Source: a virus (lineage: Duplodnaviria > Caudoviricetes). From it: a stretch of DNA of 55,148 nt. The first letter of the stretch is position 1, and every line of letters starts with the position of its first letter. This document shows, one piece after another, positions 1 through 7,009 of the stretch. The stretch covers positions 1 through 55,148 of IMG/VR virus record IMGVR_UViG_3300032116_000256, one strand, 5' to 3'. A program made the translations under genes and the position numbers. The notes under the pieces were generated by a model. It was not told the DNA's origin. It made no database searches and saw only the letters and a program-made list of their open reading frames with translations.

Positions 1-119
1 CCCTTCGCCCCTGTCAGCAGGAGGAAGGGAAACTTCTGGGTCTTGGAGAAGGCGTCGAGGTAGAACCCCAACTTCTTCTTGACATCTTCTTGCCCGACTA
101 GTTCAGCAAAACGTTTCAT
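1..119 (-). CDS. N-terminal fragment of a RuvB-like AAA+ ATPase (runs off the window)
   Basis: Hand translation from ATG at 119: MKRFAELVGQEDVKKKLGFYLDAFSKTQKFPFLLLTGAKG. Matches the F..lvGQe.vk..L...llL.G..G pre-Walker A pattern of RuvB/clamp-loader AAA+ proteins. Confidence 0.6.
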   Translation of the reverse strand, partial: MKRFAELVGQEDVKKKLGFYLDAFSKTQKFPFLLLTGAK

Positions 120-133
120 TTTAGTATGTGGGT

Positions 134-373
134 TTAGAGCTTACTGATCTTGAACTCTACCTTGGGGGTCGAGTCCTCACCTTCAGCTTCTTGAATAGTG
201 CGGGTGATCGGCTGGATTGTCAAGCCCATCTTTTGAAGCCAGACACGCGACACAGGAATGGCACTAGCAGTGCCAACGAACTGGTCAAGGTCAGCGAGGC
301 TGACGTTAACGAAAGAGGTCGAACCCGCAGGGCGACCACGACCACGCTTGGTAACGGTAGATGTGTTATTCAT
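134..373 (-). CDS. Small AT-hook DNA-binding protein
   Basis: KRGRGRPAGS AT-hook motif. Start moved to MNNTS (373), just downstream of a TTGACG-16-TACATT promoter. Confidence 0.65.
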   Translation of the reverse strand: MNNTSTVTKRGRGRPAGSTSFVNVSLADLDQFVGTASAIPVSRVWLQKMGLTIQPITRTIQEAEGEDSTPKVEFKISKL

Positions 374-382
374 ACGAGGGAG

Positions 383-410
383 AATGTACCACATTTTAAT
401 CCACCGTCAA
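383..410 (-). promoter_or_regulatory. sigma70-type promoter with very short leader
   Basis: Minus strand TTGACG-N16-TACATT with extended TG, 9 nt before ATG 373. Confidence 0.6.
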
Positions 411-431
411 GCGATTTCTCGAATTTTTTTC

Positions 432-466
432 AAAAAAAAATCACCCTCAAGTTTCCAAGAGGGTGA
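432..466 (-). terminator. Intrinsic terminator
   Basis: TCACCCTC...GAGGGTGA hairpin followed by a 9-nt U tract on the minus strand. Confidence 0.7.
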
Positions 467-494
467 AGAAGGGGCGGCGATTTTTAATTAATTT

Positions 495-1139
495 TTAATC
501 CGCTTTGGCTTCAGGAGTTTTGTTGGCTGGATTTTCGGTTGCGGTTTCGGTTGCCACCTTGGGGGACTCTTGGGTTTGGGTTGGGGCTTCATTTTGAACC
601 TTCTTCTTAATGAAGAAGAAATATCCTACAGTTAAGATGAAGCCTAAGATAGCTAAGGTTGTCAAGATGAATGCAAAAACTGGGTGAATTGCCGGGGCAT
701 TAGATGGTTTTTCAGGTTCAACTACAGGAGCTAATTGTACAATCTTTGGCGTTAAATCAACTGATGTTGGCTCAACGATTTTTTTAATGTGGCTATCTAT
801 AGCTGCATCCAACTCCTTATTTGGTTGCTTCGCATTCGCGTTTGAATTTTTAATATTTAATAAAGCCTCATTCGTCTTTTGATTAACTAATATATTTAAA
901 TCTTTTTCTTTTACCATCACATAGTTTTCCGCATTGAATGAGACCTGCGCAGGTTTATTTGGCGTAACTGGATTCGTGTTTGGTTTATTTACCGGGTTCG
1001 CATTCGTGTTTGGAGTTACAAACATAGGGGCATTAGAGTTTATTCTTTCCCCTTTACTATCTGTTCTATTATTAGGAGTAAACATGTTGCAGCCAGATAA
1101 CAAAAGCACCAGGCATATATTTAGTCCGATCTTATTCAT
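495..1139 (-). CDS. Lipoprotein with a C-terminal transmembrane helix
   Basis: MNKIGLNICLVLLLSGC lipobox, Pro/Asn-rich linker and TM segment VFAFILTTLAILGFILTVGYFFFI. Start set by the upstream TTGACA-17-TAAAAT promoter. Confidence 0.7.
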   Translation of the reverse strand: MNKIGLNICLVLLLSGCNMFTPNNRTDSKGERINSNAPMFVTPNTNANPVNKPNTNPVTPNKPAQVSFNAENYVMVKEKDLNILVNQKTNEALLNIKNSNANAKQPNKELDAAIDSHIKKIVEPTSVDLTPKIVQLAPVVEPEKPSNAPAIHPVFAFILTTLAILGFILTVGYFFFIKKKVQNEAPTQTQESPKVATETATENPANKTPEAKAD

Positions 1140-1152
1140 GTTTGCCCCCTTT

Positions 1153-1181
1153 ATTTTACATGAGATTCTAGCCTTTGTCAA
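1153..1181 (-). promoter_or_regulatory. sigma70-type promoter
   Basis: TTGACA-aaggctagaatctcatg(17)-TAAAAT. Confidence 0.7.
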
Positions 1182-1292
1182 TCCTTTTAGAGAAAAAAGT
1201 GCCCGGTCCTTACCAGGAAAACACTTCACTTTATATAAACCTTACATCTTCAACGCTTTACAAAAAACGCATATTTGGCCCAGTTTCTCTGC

Positions 1293-1520
1293 TCAAATGT
1301 CAATCGTGTTCTTTTTGATATTTTCTTTTACAGTTTTAGTTAAGGAATGTATTGACAAGAGGTTCTCTCTGTGTTCTAATATGTTCCTTAACGTCCCATT
1401 ACAGTAGGCCACAAACACAACTACCGTTGTGATAAGGCTTAACACAACTGCTATTGGAACAATAACAAACAAAAACAAAACCATTATAAGGAGAAACGAT
1501 GAGAGTCTAGCTAATAGCAT
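1293..1520 (-). CDS. Small membrane protein
   Basis: Long hydrophobic N-terminus and basic C-terminus; same strand as neighbours. Confidence 0.5.
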   Translation of the reverse strand: MLLARLSSFLLIMVLFLFVIVPIAVVLSLITTVVVFVAYCNGTLRNILEHRENLLSIHSLTKTVKENIKKNTIDI

Positions 1521-1688
1521 AAAAGTTTATTTAAAATTGCGAGAATGAATTAAAATTAATAAAAAATGGGGCCGCGCACATATGTATTCCAACTATCAAG
1601 CTTCTCTTAACAGTTCAACTATCTCTTCTTCTTCCTTACTGTATCTCTCTATTATCCTTACCTTATCTCTCTTATATCTTATGAGAGA

Positions 1689-1717
1689 AACTTACCCCTA
1701 TTTTTCTTACTTGTCAA
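1689..1717 (-). promoter_or_regulatory. sigma70-type promoter
   Basis: TTGACA-17-TAAGTT. Confidence 0.55.
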
Positions 1718-1955
1718 GCCTCTTTTGGGCTTTTCTTTTGGTTTTGAAAGATTGGGGCTTTTTCACTGCTATTTCGACCTTAGATTCCTTCATTTTTCTT
1801 GATAAAATTTCGGCCTCGACGCGAGAGCATTCGTCCATCATTTTTTGGCGTGTTTTTTGGTCATATTCGAAGCTCTTTTTAAGCAGATAAACAGAGAATC
1901 CTATGACAAATAATAGGCCCGAAACTGGCAAAATAATGTCCATTAAAATATACAT
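1707..1955 (-). CDS. Small N-terminally membrane-anchored basic protein
   Basis: N-terminal TM helix followed by a Lys-rich tail. Confidence 0.55.
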   Translation of the reverse strand: MYILMDIILPVSGLLFVIGFSVYLLKKSFEYDQKTRQKMMDECSRVEAEILSRKMKESKVEIAVKKPQSFKTKRKAQKRLDK

Positions 1956-2012
1956 ACAGTTTAAATTAATAATAATTAAGTGCGCCCATCAATTCTTTAT
2001 TAAAATACAAAG

Positions 2013-2051
2013 AAAAACCCCCAAATTAGCGTTTGATTACCAATTTGGGGG
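2013..2051 (-). terminator. Intrinsic terminator
   Basis: CCCCCAAATT...AATTTGGGGG stem with U tract on the minus strand, downstream of ORF 2080-2382. Confidence 0.6.
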
Positions 2052-2079
2052 CGTTAATGGGAGGAATTTTAATTAAGTT

Positions 2080-2382
2080 TTAGCTTGCGGCAGGGGTCTC
2101 AGACTCCTTGGCAGCTTGAACCAAAGGAGCAATGACGCTGAAACTTGCCTTCAGCGCCTCATGCTCCTCAACGGTAACAGTGGCGCGAGTATAAACTTGA
2201 AAGAAGTTGTTAAGGGCAGTATCAGGAGCCAGCTTAGATTCAGTCTTGTTGGCTGGGTTTGCCAGACCACCAAGAACTTGGAGGCTTTCCTTCAGAGCTT
2301 CATGCTGCTCAGGAAGAAGGCGCGATTGACGATGAAGTGCGGCAAAGTTTGCCAATGCTTGATCGGGAGTGATGTTATTCAT
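2080..2382 (-). CDS. Hypothetical protein made of two helical repeats
   Basis: ITPDQALANF..HEALKESL and LAPDTALNNF..HEALKASF; has its own promoter and terminator. Confidence 0.75.
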   Translation of the reverse strand: MNNITPDQALANFAALHRQSRLLPEQHEALKESLQVLGGLANPANKTESKLAPDTALNNFFQVYTRATVTVEEHEALKASFSVIAPLVQAAKESETPAAS

Positions 2383-2391
2383 AGTTTGTAT

Positions 2392-2420
2392 ATATTATGT
2401 TTTTACGGAAAATTTGTCAA
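2392..2420 (-). promoter_or_regulatory. sigma70-type promoter with short leader
   Basis: TTGACA-17-TAATAT, 9 nt before ATG 2382. Confidence 0.65.
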
Positions 2421-2421
2421 T

Positions 2422-2973
2422 CTATTTCTTGAAGAATTTCAGCCCATTTCTTTGAATAGATCTGAAGATGAAATAGGGAAACCAGATGATTTTGGGAATT
2501 TTAATTATTCTAACATTAGGGGCGTTGATAAGCTGGGGTTTTTCTCCATGCCATATCCTGACCGTCACTTTGCCCCCGCCTTTAAGATTTACGTTTTCTA
2601 TGATACCATTGCGAGTGGGTGGAGTGGAAGGTGTCCAGTAGTTGTCGTACTGCCCGATTTCAATAGTGTATTCGGAACCTTCGCTATCAAATAAAATGTT
2701 TTTTAAATGCCAACCGTTGATGCTTCCTTTTAACGTGATGCCATTTTTTAATGGATAAAGGGTCAAATCTTGGAAAACATAGTTAGTTCCACGAACTGCA
2801 TCAATGCAATCTTCTTGCCCGCCAACTATCTCCACGCCTTTAACCAAAACATTTTCGCAATTGGAGAACTTCATAACGTCATCATAAATGCTTGGAACAT
2901 CAGGATTGCGCCAAGCATCTATAATTAAGTCCTTTTCAGCTACATAAGATTTAAAATTATTGTCTTTTTTCAT
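2422..2973 (-). CDS. Right-handed beta-helix (pectin lyase-like) protein
   Basis: CENVLVKGVEI, QEDCIDAVRGTNYVFQD and NGIIENV beta-helix rungs. Confidence 0.5.
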   Translation of the reverse strand: MKKDNNFKSYVAEKDLIIDAWRNPDVPSIYDDVMKFSNCENVLVKGVEIVGGQEDCIDAVRGTNYVFQDLTLYPLKNGITLKGSINGWHLKNILFDSEGSEYTIEIGQYDNYWTPSTPPTRNGIIENVNLKGGGKVTVRIWHGEKPQLINAPNVRIIKIPKIIWFPYFIFRSIQRNGLKFFKK

Positions 2974-3389
2974 AAAGAAATTTCGCCGCGCTCTTTTAGC
3001 TTTTTGGCGTTTGCTATGTGGAGTTCTTGAACCTTGTCCTTGTTCTCACCATTGTAAGGAACAGCATAGCATTTCTCTACCATCCAATCATTTACGTTAA
3101 TTCCGCTTTCTGTTTCTATCCTACCGAGAATGCGCCCATACTTTTCTTCTGGGTCGATTTCTGTTTCTACTGTCAGGTATTTGGAATTGCAAAGAAGTTC
3201 GTTTAATTTAGTCTTGGATATTAGACCGCGAGCCTTTTCTTCTTTATTGCTTGTTCTGCTTTCTGGAGTGTCTATACCATAAAGACGAATTCTTTGGTTT
3301 CTCAGCCAAACTCCAAAACCCAGATCAAAGTCAACTTCAATTGTATCTCCGTCGATAACTTTGATCAATTGGGCTTTGTATTGGTACAT
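2970..3389 (-). CDS. Thermonuclease (SNase-like) family nuclease
   Basis: VIDGDTI, IRLYGIDTPE and KYGRIL motifs. Confidence 0.9.
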   Translation of the reverse strand: MYQYKAQLIKVIDGDTIEVDFDLGFGVWLRNQRIRLYGIDTPESRTSNKEEKARGLISKTKLNELLCNSKYLTVETEIDPEEKYGRILGRIETESGINVNDWMVEKCYAVPYNGENKDKVQELHIANAKKLKERGEISL

Positions 3390-3401
3390 GGTAAATATAC
3401 T

Positions 3402-3500
3402 TTACATCAAAGCCGCTTCCATTTTGAACCTAAAAAGATTCTTGATTCCATACTTATTGGACAAAACTGTTAGTTCAGTTAAAAAATCTTTAATATTCAT
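3402..3500 (-). CDS. 32-aa small ORF below the ORF-track cutoff
   Basis: MNIKDFLTELTVLSNKYGIKNLFRFKMEAALM; ATGA overlap with the stop of 3497-3751 and fills the gap. Confidence 0.45.
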   Translation of the reverse strand: MNIKDFLTELTVLSNKYGIKNLFRFKMEAALM

Positions 3501-3751
3501 TTTAAAACGATTCGATCTATTTCTTTTTTCATCCAATCTGGTAAACAACTAGGAATGAATCCATGCGGCGCATCTCCTCTGGAGTTCAGCACAACCGCCG
3601 CACCAAGATATGCCAGCGATCTTACTCTTTCGGGATCAAGAGTTTCGCCGTCATTGTGCGGGAAAGTGCATAAACAACCAATATCGTCGTTCATTTCCGA
3701 GAACATCATTGGATAGTTTATGTCTCGTAGGTAGTATTTGTCGCAGCCCAT
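3497..3751 (-). CDS. Hypothetical protein
   Basis: Tightly packed minus-strand ORF. Confidence 0.6.
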   Translation of the reverse strand: MGCDKYYLRDINYPMMFSEMNDDIGCLCTFPHNDGETLDPERVRSLAYLGAAVVLNSRGDAPHGFIPSCLPDWMKKEIDRIVLK

Positions 3752-3753
3752 AA

Positions 3754-4245
3754 CTATTTCTCCTCCCCAATTAAAATCTTAATAATCTTTTCTGCATTCT
3801 CCTGCATAGAAGGATAATGCAAAGTATTGAAAGACTCTCCATGCTTCTTGATAAACTTATCCCAATCTTTTTTCTCTTCTGGGGAGAGCGGCGTTTTGTT
3901 GGGACTAGCCTCGCAAGCCTTTCGGATAATATTTATCAGTTTATCTTCCATTAAACGAGCCGCAGCATGAATAGCGGCTTTGTCAGGATAGATTTCTTGG
4001 CGAATAGAAGTGCAACCATCTTTGACTTGAATTAGCCAAAAGCCATTGCGGAGACCATCATAAGCATATGGATCATTAACTGGCACGAACTTCTTGCCAA
4101 TCTTACGGTAAAGACGTTGATCTTCCTTAATGGCAATACGACTGCGATTAAGATCATCTTCAGATGAGTAGAGGTCACTGAACCGCATACTAAACATTCT
4201 GCGATAGCGTTCAGCTTCGTTCTTGTAGTGTTCTAGTTCTTTCAT
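3754..4245 (-). CDS. Hypothetical phage protein
   Basis: ATGA-coupled to the upstream gene. Confidence 0.7.
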   Translation of the reverse strand: MKELEHYKNEAERYRRMFSMRFSDLYSSEDDLNRSRIAIKEDQRLYRKIGKKFVPVNDPYAYDGLRNGFWLIQVKDGCTSIRQEIYPDKAAIHAAARLMEDKLINIIRKACEASPNKTPLSPEEKKDWDKFIKKHGESFNTLHYPSMQENAEKIIKILIGEEK

Positions 4246-4829
4246 GCGTTTTGCTTGTTGGCTAATTTATATTCTTTATAATTCTCTCCCTTAGCAACTT
4301 CTTTGTTCAAAACTTTAAACCAACCTCTTCTTGAGTGCATTTGTCCCTCTGCGCCGCTCACTTCACAAGTTCTGCCAGATGCGATGTCGGCAAAGTGAAC
4401 TATTCCGTCAAAGTAATCAGCATACCGCTTATTGATAGCGTCAAGTTCTGGATACTTTTTCGTTTCAACTAGAGAAGTGTTACCCTCATCGTATTCAAGA
4501 TGGTAGTAAAAGCGAAGAGTACCAAACTTTTCTTTTACTTGGTCAGCTACTACTTGAGGAGGCTTTACATTAAAAAAATACCTATACCTAATCTCGCCGT
4601 CTTTATAAGAGTAAGGTTTAATACCTAAACGTTTGCCATCTTCTTCATCTACTTCAATAGCAGTAGTATAGGTATAGGTAAGAGCTTCGCAAAGCACATC
4701 GATAAGATTGTACCATCCGTCACCCACTTCCAAGCCGAAAGCCATGCAAGACTCTTGCGGAGACTTGTTGGCGTCTCCGAAAATTTTCGGATACTTGGCG
4801 AAAAGTTTTTGTTCTAGTTCTGTATTCAT
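4242..4829 (-). CDS. Conserved hypothetical phage protein
   Basis: GDGWY...QVKEKFGTLRFYY...TCEVSG pattern, common in large phages. Confidence 0.75.
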   Translation of the reverse strand: MNTELEQKLFAKYPKIFGDANKSPQESCMAFGLEVGDGWYNLIDVLCEALTYTYTTAIEVDEEDGKRLGIKPYSYKDGEIRYRYFFNVKPPQVVADQVKEKFGTLRFYYHLEYDEGNTSLVETKKYPELDAINKRYADYFDGIVHFADIASGRTCEVSGAEGQMHSRRGWFKVLNKEVAKGENYKEYKLANKQNA

Positions 4830-5035
4830 TTTAAATTTCCTCCATAAAAATCAAACGTTTTTTCTAAGTGATCTAGTGCCGAAACCACATCAGCAAACTC
4901 TTGCTTTTGACATTCGGTTAAACGCTTTTTCTTTTTAAGATACTTAATATCGTTACGAAGATAATTGATGGTTTCCCTTAAAGAACAAACCACAATACGA
5001 TCCGCTGTATCTCCATCGATTTCTACTTTATCCAT
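4826..5035 (-). CDS. Hypothetical protein
   Basis: Coupled ORF with coiled-coil character. Confidence 0.6.
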   Translation of the reverse strand: MDKVEIDGDTADRIVVCSLRETINYLRNDIKYLKKKKRLTECQKQEFADVVSALDHLEKTFDFYGGNLK

Positions 5036-5036
5036 T

Positions 5037-5252
5037 TTAAATTTCTCCTAAAAGTGTAAGGGCGTCGTTGATTTCTGAACGAATATCGGCCAACTCTTTC
5101 TCGTATGAACTATCTTTGTCAAGACCGTATTTCAAAATACTTCTCAATCTAGTATCAATGTCATACAGAGCAGACCAAGCTGCGCCAGCATTAACAGCGC
5201 GAAGATGTTCGCTATTGTCTTCTGGCAAATTAAATTCTAATGTGGCTTTCAT
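5037..5252 (-). CDS. Conserved small phage protein
   Basis: MKATLEFNLPED...LRSILKY pattern frequent in phages. Confidence 0.7.
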   Translation of the reverse strand: MKATLEFNLPEDNSEHLRAVNAGAAWSALYDIDTRLRSILKYGLDKDSSYEKELADIRSEINDALTLLGEI

Positions 5253-5446
5253 TACTTTTCGAGTTCAACTGTCCAATGAGTATCGTTATAAACGTGATCA
5301 AAAAGAATTTCTTCTTCTGAAGAAGTCAGCATCATCTTGGATGCCAGTGCGGCGAACAACCTATCTTCGATCTCTCTGTTTTTAACTACAATCTTTTTGA
5401 AGTTTTTGACTAGCTTTTGGTTTTGCTTGCTGATCTTAAGTTTCAT
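5252..5446 (-). CDS. Hypothetical protein
   Basis: TAATG/ATGA coupling on both sides. Confidence 0.6.
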   Translation of the reverse strand: MKLKISKQNQKLVKNFKKIVVKNREIEDRLFAALASKMMLTSSEEEILFDHVYNDTHWTVELEK

Positions 5447-5841
5447 GAATTTATAATGTTAAAAAATGATTCTGGCAGGATAACGTTTTCTGGAATGAAT
5501 TTACCTTTGAATAAATTTGCGATCTCCTCTTCTGAGTAACCAGCAAGACCGCAACCAATTTTCGTGACCAAGAACTCTGTGTCTGGGTATTCCATAACTT
5601 CACTGAGGAAAGAATAGATGTAGAATTCTATCTTGTCAAGAGAAAGTGTGCGAATAAACGTGTCTTTTGTAGGAATCGCAAAAGATTGGCCTTGTAAGCC
5701 ATAACCCATGCCCATTTTCGCTCCAAATTTTTCTACAGCTAATTTCGCTGCACCAGCACCGTGAATGCCAGCTTCATTGGAGCCAAACACAAATACTTGG
5801 TTTTTCTTGAGTTTTGTGATTTTATCTGGGGTGAATTTCAT
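5443..5841 (-). CDS. A1S_2505-like macrodomain-fold phage protein
   Basis: VFVFGSNEAGIHGAGAA, SFAIPT and VTKIGCGLAG motifs. Start reset to MKFTPD because the longer ORF runs into tRNA-Leu. Confidence 0.8.
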   Translation of the reverse strand: MKFTPDKITKLKKNQVFVFGSNEAGIHGAGAAKLAVEKFGAKMGMGYGLQGQSFAIPTKDTFIRTLSLDKIEFYIYSFLSEVMEYPDTEFLVTKIGCGLAGYSEEEIANLFKGKFIPENVILPESFFNIINS

Positions 5842-5848
5842 TGTAAAT

Positions 5849-5936
5849 TGGTAGCCGCAGTGGGATTCGAACCCACACGCTCTTACGAGCATTCGATTTT
5901 AAGTCGAATAGTGTCTGCCAGTTCCATCATGCGGCC
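5849..5936 (-). tRNA. tRNA-Leu(TAA)
   Basis: GGCCGCA/TGCGGCT acceptor, TTCGA-CTTAAAA-TCGAA anticodon arm, long variable arm, GGTTCGAATCC, ACCA end. Confidence 0.93.
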
Positions 5937-5941
5937 AAAAG

Positions 5942-6286
5942 TTATTCCAGAACTATAGTCTTACGGTTCAAATAGTCAATGGCTTTTTTCAAAATTCGCT
6001 CATCGTCATTGAATCTGCCAAGAGCAAGATTGCAGTTATTACATATATAACCGCGAAACTCATGAGAGAAATGGCAATGATCCAATATCCAATCATGCGT
6101 ATAATTTGAGCAAATTGGGCATTCGCCAGCTTGAGGCGGGGGATTTTCATCTTTTAATTTTTTTCTGAGAACTGATAGTTCTTTGCAGCAAACTGTGCAA
6201 GTGTTTTTTCTGCCGCCAGTTGACGAGGCGAAGAATGGGAATTGTTCAATTTCTTTTTTCTCTCCGCACTTGCGGCAGCACTTCAT
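5942..6286 (-). CDS. Endonuclease VII-like (HNH) nuclease, probable homing endonuclease
   Basis: CRKC..CTVC zinc finger, CPIC, LDHCH...FRGYICNNCNLALG. Confidence 0.85.
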   Translation of the reverse strand: MKCCRKCGEKKEIEQFPFFASSTGGRKNTCTVCCKELSVLRKKLKDENPPPQAGECPICSNYTHDWILDHCHFSHEFRGYICNNCNLALGRFNDDERILKKAIDYLNRKTIVLE

Positions 6287-6321
6287 TGAATCATGATAAT
6301 CTTTAGTTTGTAAATTTCAAT

Positions 6322-6432
6322 CGGTGGCGCGCAAGGAATTGAACCTTGATGGCAGTTGCCCTGCCTTGTCCATGTCGGCTGCTAAACATCGGCCAAGATG
6401 ACGACGGAATCGAACCGTCTTAGCCCTACGCC
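6322..6432 (-). ncRNA. tRNA-like structured RNA with two T-loops
   Basis: GGCGT...GCGCC-A-CCG ends; GACGG-TTCGATT-CCGTC and CAAGG-TTCAATT-CCTTG arms; lies in the tRNA array with the same short T-rich spacer. Confidence 0.65.
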
Positions 6433-6437
6433 AAAAT

Positions 6438-6512
6438 TGGTGGTTCCACTGGGATTCGAACCCAGAACCAACGACTTAAAAGGACGCTGCTCTACCATTG
6501 AGCTATAGAACC
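6438..6512 (-). tRNA. tRNA-Lys(TTT)
   Basis: GGTTCTA/TGGAACC acceptor, loop CTTTTAA, CCA end. Confidence 0.92.
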
Positions 6513-6520
6513 GAAAATTG

Positions 6521-6644
6521 ACCCTCTCTCAATAGCGTCGTTGTGTAGTCAGATTACAAGTGTCTATTCCACCATGAATCTGATTCCATTGCTACCAAAC
6601 GCCCAGCATTCAATAGATTCGTGAATGCAGCTAAGGGAGAGGGT
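6521..6644 (-). ncRNA. Unassigned structured RNA of about 125 nt
   Basis: ACCCTCTC/GAGAGGGT closing stem plus GCATTCA/TGAATGC, TCAGATT/AATCTGA and GTAG/CTAC helices; located between tRNAs. Confidence 0.55.
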
Positions 6645-6667
6645 TTCTGGGTAATTACTCCCAAAAG

Positions 6668-6678
6668 TGTAAAGAACA
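6668..6678 (-). promoter_or_regulatory. boxA-like antitermination element
   Basis: TGTTCTTTACA on the transcribed strand within the tRNA array; resembles rrn boxA TGCTCTTTAACA. Confidence 0.45.
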
Positions 6679-6683
6679 AAAAT

Positions 6684-6760
6684 TGGTCGTCCCGCTGGGA
6701 TTCGAACCCAGAACCTAGCCCTTATAAAGAGCTTGCTCTAACCAGTTAAGCTACGGGACA
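6684..6760 (-). tRNA. tRNA-Ile(TAT)
   Basis: AGCTC-TTTATAA-GGGCT anticodon arm, CTGGG-TTCGAAT-CCCAG T arm, ACCA end. Confidence 0.88.
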
Positions 6761-6764
6761 AAAT

Positions 6765-6841
6765 TGGTGGGCGATGAGGGATTCGAACCCCCGATCAAAG
6801 AATTATGAGTTCTCTGCTTTGAACCACTAAGCTAACCGCCC
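6765..6841 (-). tRNA. tRNA with CAT anticodon (Ile2 or elongator Met)
   Basis: GAGAA-CTCATAA-TTCTT; G1-C72 pair and no three G-C pairs in the anticodon stem, so not an initiator. Confidence 0.9.
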
Positions 6842-6843
6842 AT

Positions 6844-6920
6844 TGGCGCGAGGACCGAGAATCGAACTCGGAACCAACAGTTTAGAAAACTGTTGCTCTA
6901 TCCAGTTGAGCTATCCCCGC
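6844..6920 (-). tRNA. tRNA-Arg(TCT)
   Basis: ACAGT-TTTCTAA-ACTGT, D loop CTGGATA, GCCA end. Confidence 0.92.
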
Positions 6921-6925
6921 GAAAT

Positions 6926-7000
6926 TGGAGCAGCAGATGGGACTCGAACCCACAACATCCAGCTTGGAAGGATGGCGCTCTACCGTTGAGCTACTGCTGC
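6926..7000 (-). tRNA. tRNA-Gly(TCC)
   Basis: GCAGCAG/CTGCTGC acceptor, loop CTTCCAA, TCCA end (U73). Confidence 0.92.
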
Positions 7001-7009
7001 TAGTTTTAA

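Noticed and set aside
1582-2694. Plus-strand ORFs 1582-1890 and 2116-2694
   Set aside because: Antisense to better-supported minus-strand genes that have promoters and terminators; low-complexity translations.
5842-5892. N-terminal extension of ORF 5443-5892 given in the ORF track
   Set aside because: Overlaps tRNA-Leu; the real start is ATG 5841.
6844-6920. Possible amber suppressor tRNA (CTA visible in the anticodon loop) and stop-codon recoding
   Set aside because: The 7-nt loop TTTCTAA centres on TCT (Arg). Genes are intact under the standard code, and TAG/TGA end genes at sensible positions.
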